Both the position numbers and the translations under genes were made by a program. DNA of 64,000 nt from positions 7,027 to 71,026 of the forward strand of contig JAILLW010000044.1 of assembly GCA_024692955.1 (NCBI GenBank). Reading direction: 5' to 3'. This document shows, piece by piece, positions 62,889 to 64,000 of this stretch (the stretch's first letter is position 1; each line of letters starts with the position of its first letter). This DNA comes from Lachnospiraceae bacterium. GTDB taxonomy: Bacteria > Bacillota > Clostridia > Lachnospirales > Lachnospiraceae. Below the pieces are notes generated by a model. It saw only the letters and a program-made list of their open reading frames with translations, ran no database searches and had not been told where the DNA came from.

Positions 62889-63313
62889 TTATACCCCCCG
62901 TCTCCATATCTCTTATTTGCATCCGCTATGATATAATTCCACCCTTGAGTATGATAGAAGCCGAACAGATCATTAAACCTGTCCAGGGGCAGTATCTTCC
63001 AGATATCCTGCGGCTTTTTGTTTTCTTTGTTTACCCAATGCTTGACAAGATAACCGTACATCCACATGACATAAGGATCATATGTATGTCCCTGTTTCAG
63101 ATTCAGGTTCCTCTTTGATCTTGAATACATATAGGGTACGGAATTATATTCCTTCAGCCTGTCCTCCATGAGAACATCACTTCCCCATTCACTGTTGAGA
63201 AATTCGCCGGTATAACTCACAGAATCAAGATTATCCCTGATAGACAGTTCAAAACATTTGCCAATCGTATCTGCAAACCAGTGCTCAATTTCTTTATTGA
63301 AATCATTCTTCAT
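62885..63313 (-). CDS. DUF3791-like protein (extended form)
   Basis: 142 aa. The C-terminal segment ...ILPLDRFNDLFGFYHTQGWNYIIADANKRY resembles the DUF3791 ending (LHTQG-x-x-YI-x-x-DI). Overlaps the upstream DUF3990-like gene by 4 nt. Confidence 0.45.
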   Translation of the reverse strand: MKNDFNKEIEHWFADTIGKCFELSIRDNLDSVSYTGEFLNSEWGSDVLMEDRLKEYNSVPYMYSRSKRNLNLKQGHTYDPYVMWMYGYLVKHWVNKENKKPQDIWKILPLDRFNDLFGFYHTQGWNYIIADANKRYGDGGYK

Positions 63314-63720
63314 CTGTATTCCTCTAATAATTCGTCCAGGTACAGGCCCTCCCGCCTGAATTTCGTTTCGATTTCGGAAACAATATCCTGCGATCTTCCG
63401 ATTCTTACCCGTCTGTCGTGAGCGATCCGGAAATACCTGTCTCCCGTGATCTGTTCTTCATGCATTATCTCCAAATGGTCACAAGCCTTCACGGTTCTAA
63501 ACACATATTGGTATCCCAGATTGAAAAACTTAATGCATTCTTTCAGGCAGACATTTGTCGTTGCCTTATCCAGAAATCTCCCAAACGCATACGCTGATCT
63601 GTCATCTGAAACCAAGCCGCTTATGACATCAAATGACATAAGATCATCGATCATCTTTTTGAGCCTCGAATAGGAATCGATATCTTCAATATATCCTCTG
63701 TTATATGCCGTAAACAGCAT
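63310..63720 (-). CDS. DUF3990-like protein, apparently truncated at the 5' end
   Basis: The ATG-defined ORF is 136 aa (FDVISGLVSDDRSAYAF...YQYVFRTVKACDHLEI). The same frame stays open upstream to 63897 and there encodes ICDFGVGFYTASIEE..., the DFGxGFY block of DUF3990. It has no start codon and lacks the usual N-terminal ~25 aa. Confidence 0.45.
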   Translation of the reverse strand: MLFTAYNRGYIEDIDSYSRLKKMIDDLMSFDVISGLVSDDRSAYAFGRFLDKATTNVCLKECIKFFNLGYQYVFRTVKACDHLEIMHEEQITGDRYFRIAHDRRVRIGRSQDIVSEIETKFRREGLYLDELLEEYR

Positions 63721-63928
63721 CCAGAAATCAAGATCATAATCAAAAGAAAAAACCTTCAGCGGTTCAAAATCCGCCCGTATGGTATAGAAGAATCCCGATC
63801 CCTCTTTCTCGTTTTCAACAATATTGCTTAAACCATATTCCTCAATGCTTGCCGTATAGAATCCAACACCAAAATCACAGATATTCTCACCTCGTGTTCA
63901 ATGTCCAAAAACCCCGTGATCCATGCCC

Positions 63929-63978
63929 TTTAAAGATAGCACAGAACACGGGGTTTATCAACGAAAGCGGATTACTGA
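63929..63978 (-). repeat. Direct repeat copy 2, containing candidate promoter TTGATA-17-(TGc)TATCTT
   Basis: TTTAAAGATAGCACAGAACACGGGGTTTATCAACGAAAGCGGATTACTGA. Its CACGGGGTTT segment can also pair with AAACCCCGTG at 63909-63918, followed by a U-run on the minus strand. That would be a long-loop terminator for a gene beyond the right edge. Confidence 0.5.
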
Positions 63979-64000
63979 AACCTCGGAGAAACAGGAGTCG

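Noticed and set aside
1-64000. Search for tRNA, rRNA, CRISPR arrays, IS elements, transposases, integrases and prophage genes.
   Set aside because: I saw no cloverleaf-like or rRNA-like conserved stretches, no regularly spaced direct repeats with spacers, and no transposase or integrase motifs in any frame. The only repeats are in-frame coding micro-repeats, the A-tract array and the ~50-bp direct repeat at 62.5/63.9 kb.

Overview
The window is 64 kb at roughly 50-55% GC. From gene content it looks like a motile, Gram-positive-type Clostridia (Lachnospiraceae-like) chromosome. This is my inference: all calls come from motif recognition and my own translation, with no database search. About 55 of 56 called genes are on the minus strand, often overlapping by 1-20 nt.

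Layout:
- (i) 1-15.3 kb: a phospho-glycopolymer, teichoic-acid-like region. It holds a GT2, an LbH acetyltransferase, a radical SAM/SPASM protein, a PdxA-family dehydrogenase, a TagD-like cytidylyltransferase, LicD and three small unknown ORFs. It continues with a TagF-like transferase, a GDPD, two Gfo/Idh/MocA oxidoreductases (one fused to a cytidylyltransferase), desulfoferrodoxin, Glf, a K+ channel and a CysE-like protein.
- (ii) 15.4-25.7 kb: late flagellar genes (flgM, flgN, two flgK, flgL, fliW, csrA), an XRE regulator, a FliD-like gene that is the only plus-strand gene, and an uncharacterised Lys/Ala/Glu-rich protein.
- (iii) 25.7-62.5 kb: HtrA, then an operon that starts with a glmS ribozyme but reads nagB, GlmU-C-like, glmM, LCP, GT2, glmS. 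After it comes a large ABC-transporter-dependent cell-wall polysaccharide locus: a priming sugar transferase, five GT2-type enzymes, a phospho-sugar mutase, a WbdD-like methyltransferase-kinase, Wzt/Wzm, a GH25 muramidase, an SMR-like flippase pair, MBOAT plus a DltD-like partner, GT-C-like membrane proteins and a double AT3 acyltransferase.
- (iv) 62.5-64 kb: a small accessory patch with a frameshifted secreted-protein gene and a DUF3791-like/DUF3990-like pair, bracketed by a ~50-bp direct repeat.

I saw no tRNA, rRNA, CRISPR array, transposase or integrase.

Most interesting observations:
- The glmS ribozyme is displaced to the front of nagB and controls a whole hexosamine and wall-ligase operon.
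- An unknown protein and the flgL leader carry flagellin-style sigma-D plus CsrA control signals.
- A tightly coupled PdxA / cytidylyltransferase / LicD / radical-SAM module and a cytidylyltransferase-oxidoreductase fusion suggest non-canonical CDP-activated head groups.

The many long plus-strand ORFs in the track are antisense shadows of the minus-strand genes, and I rejected them.
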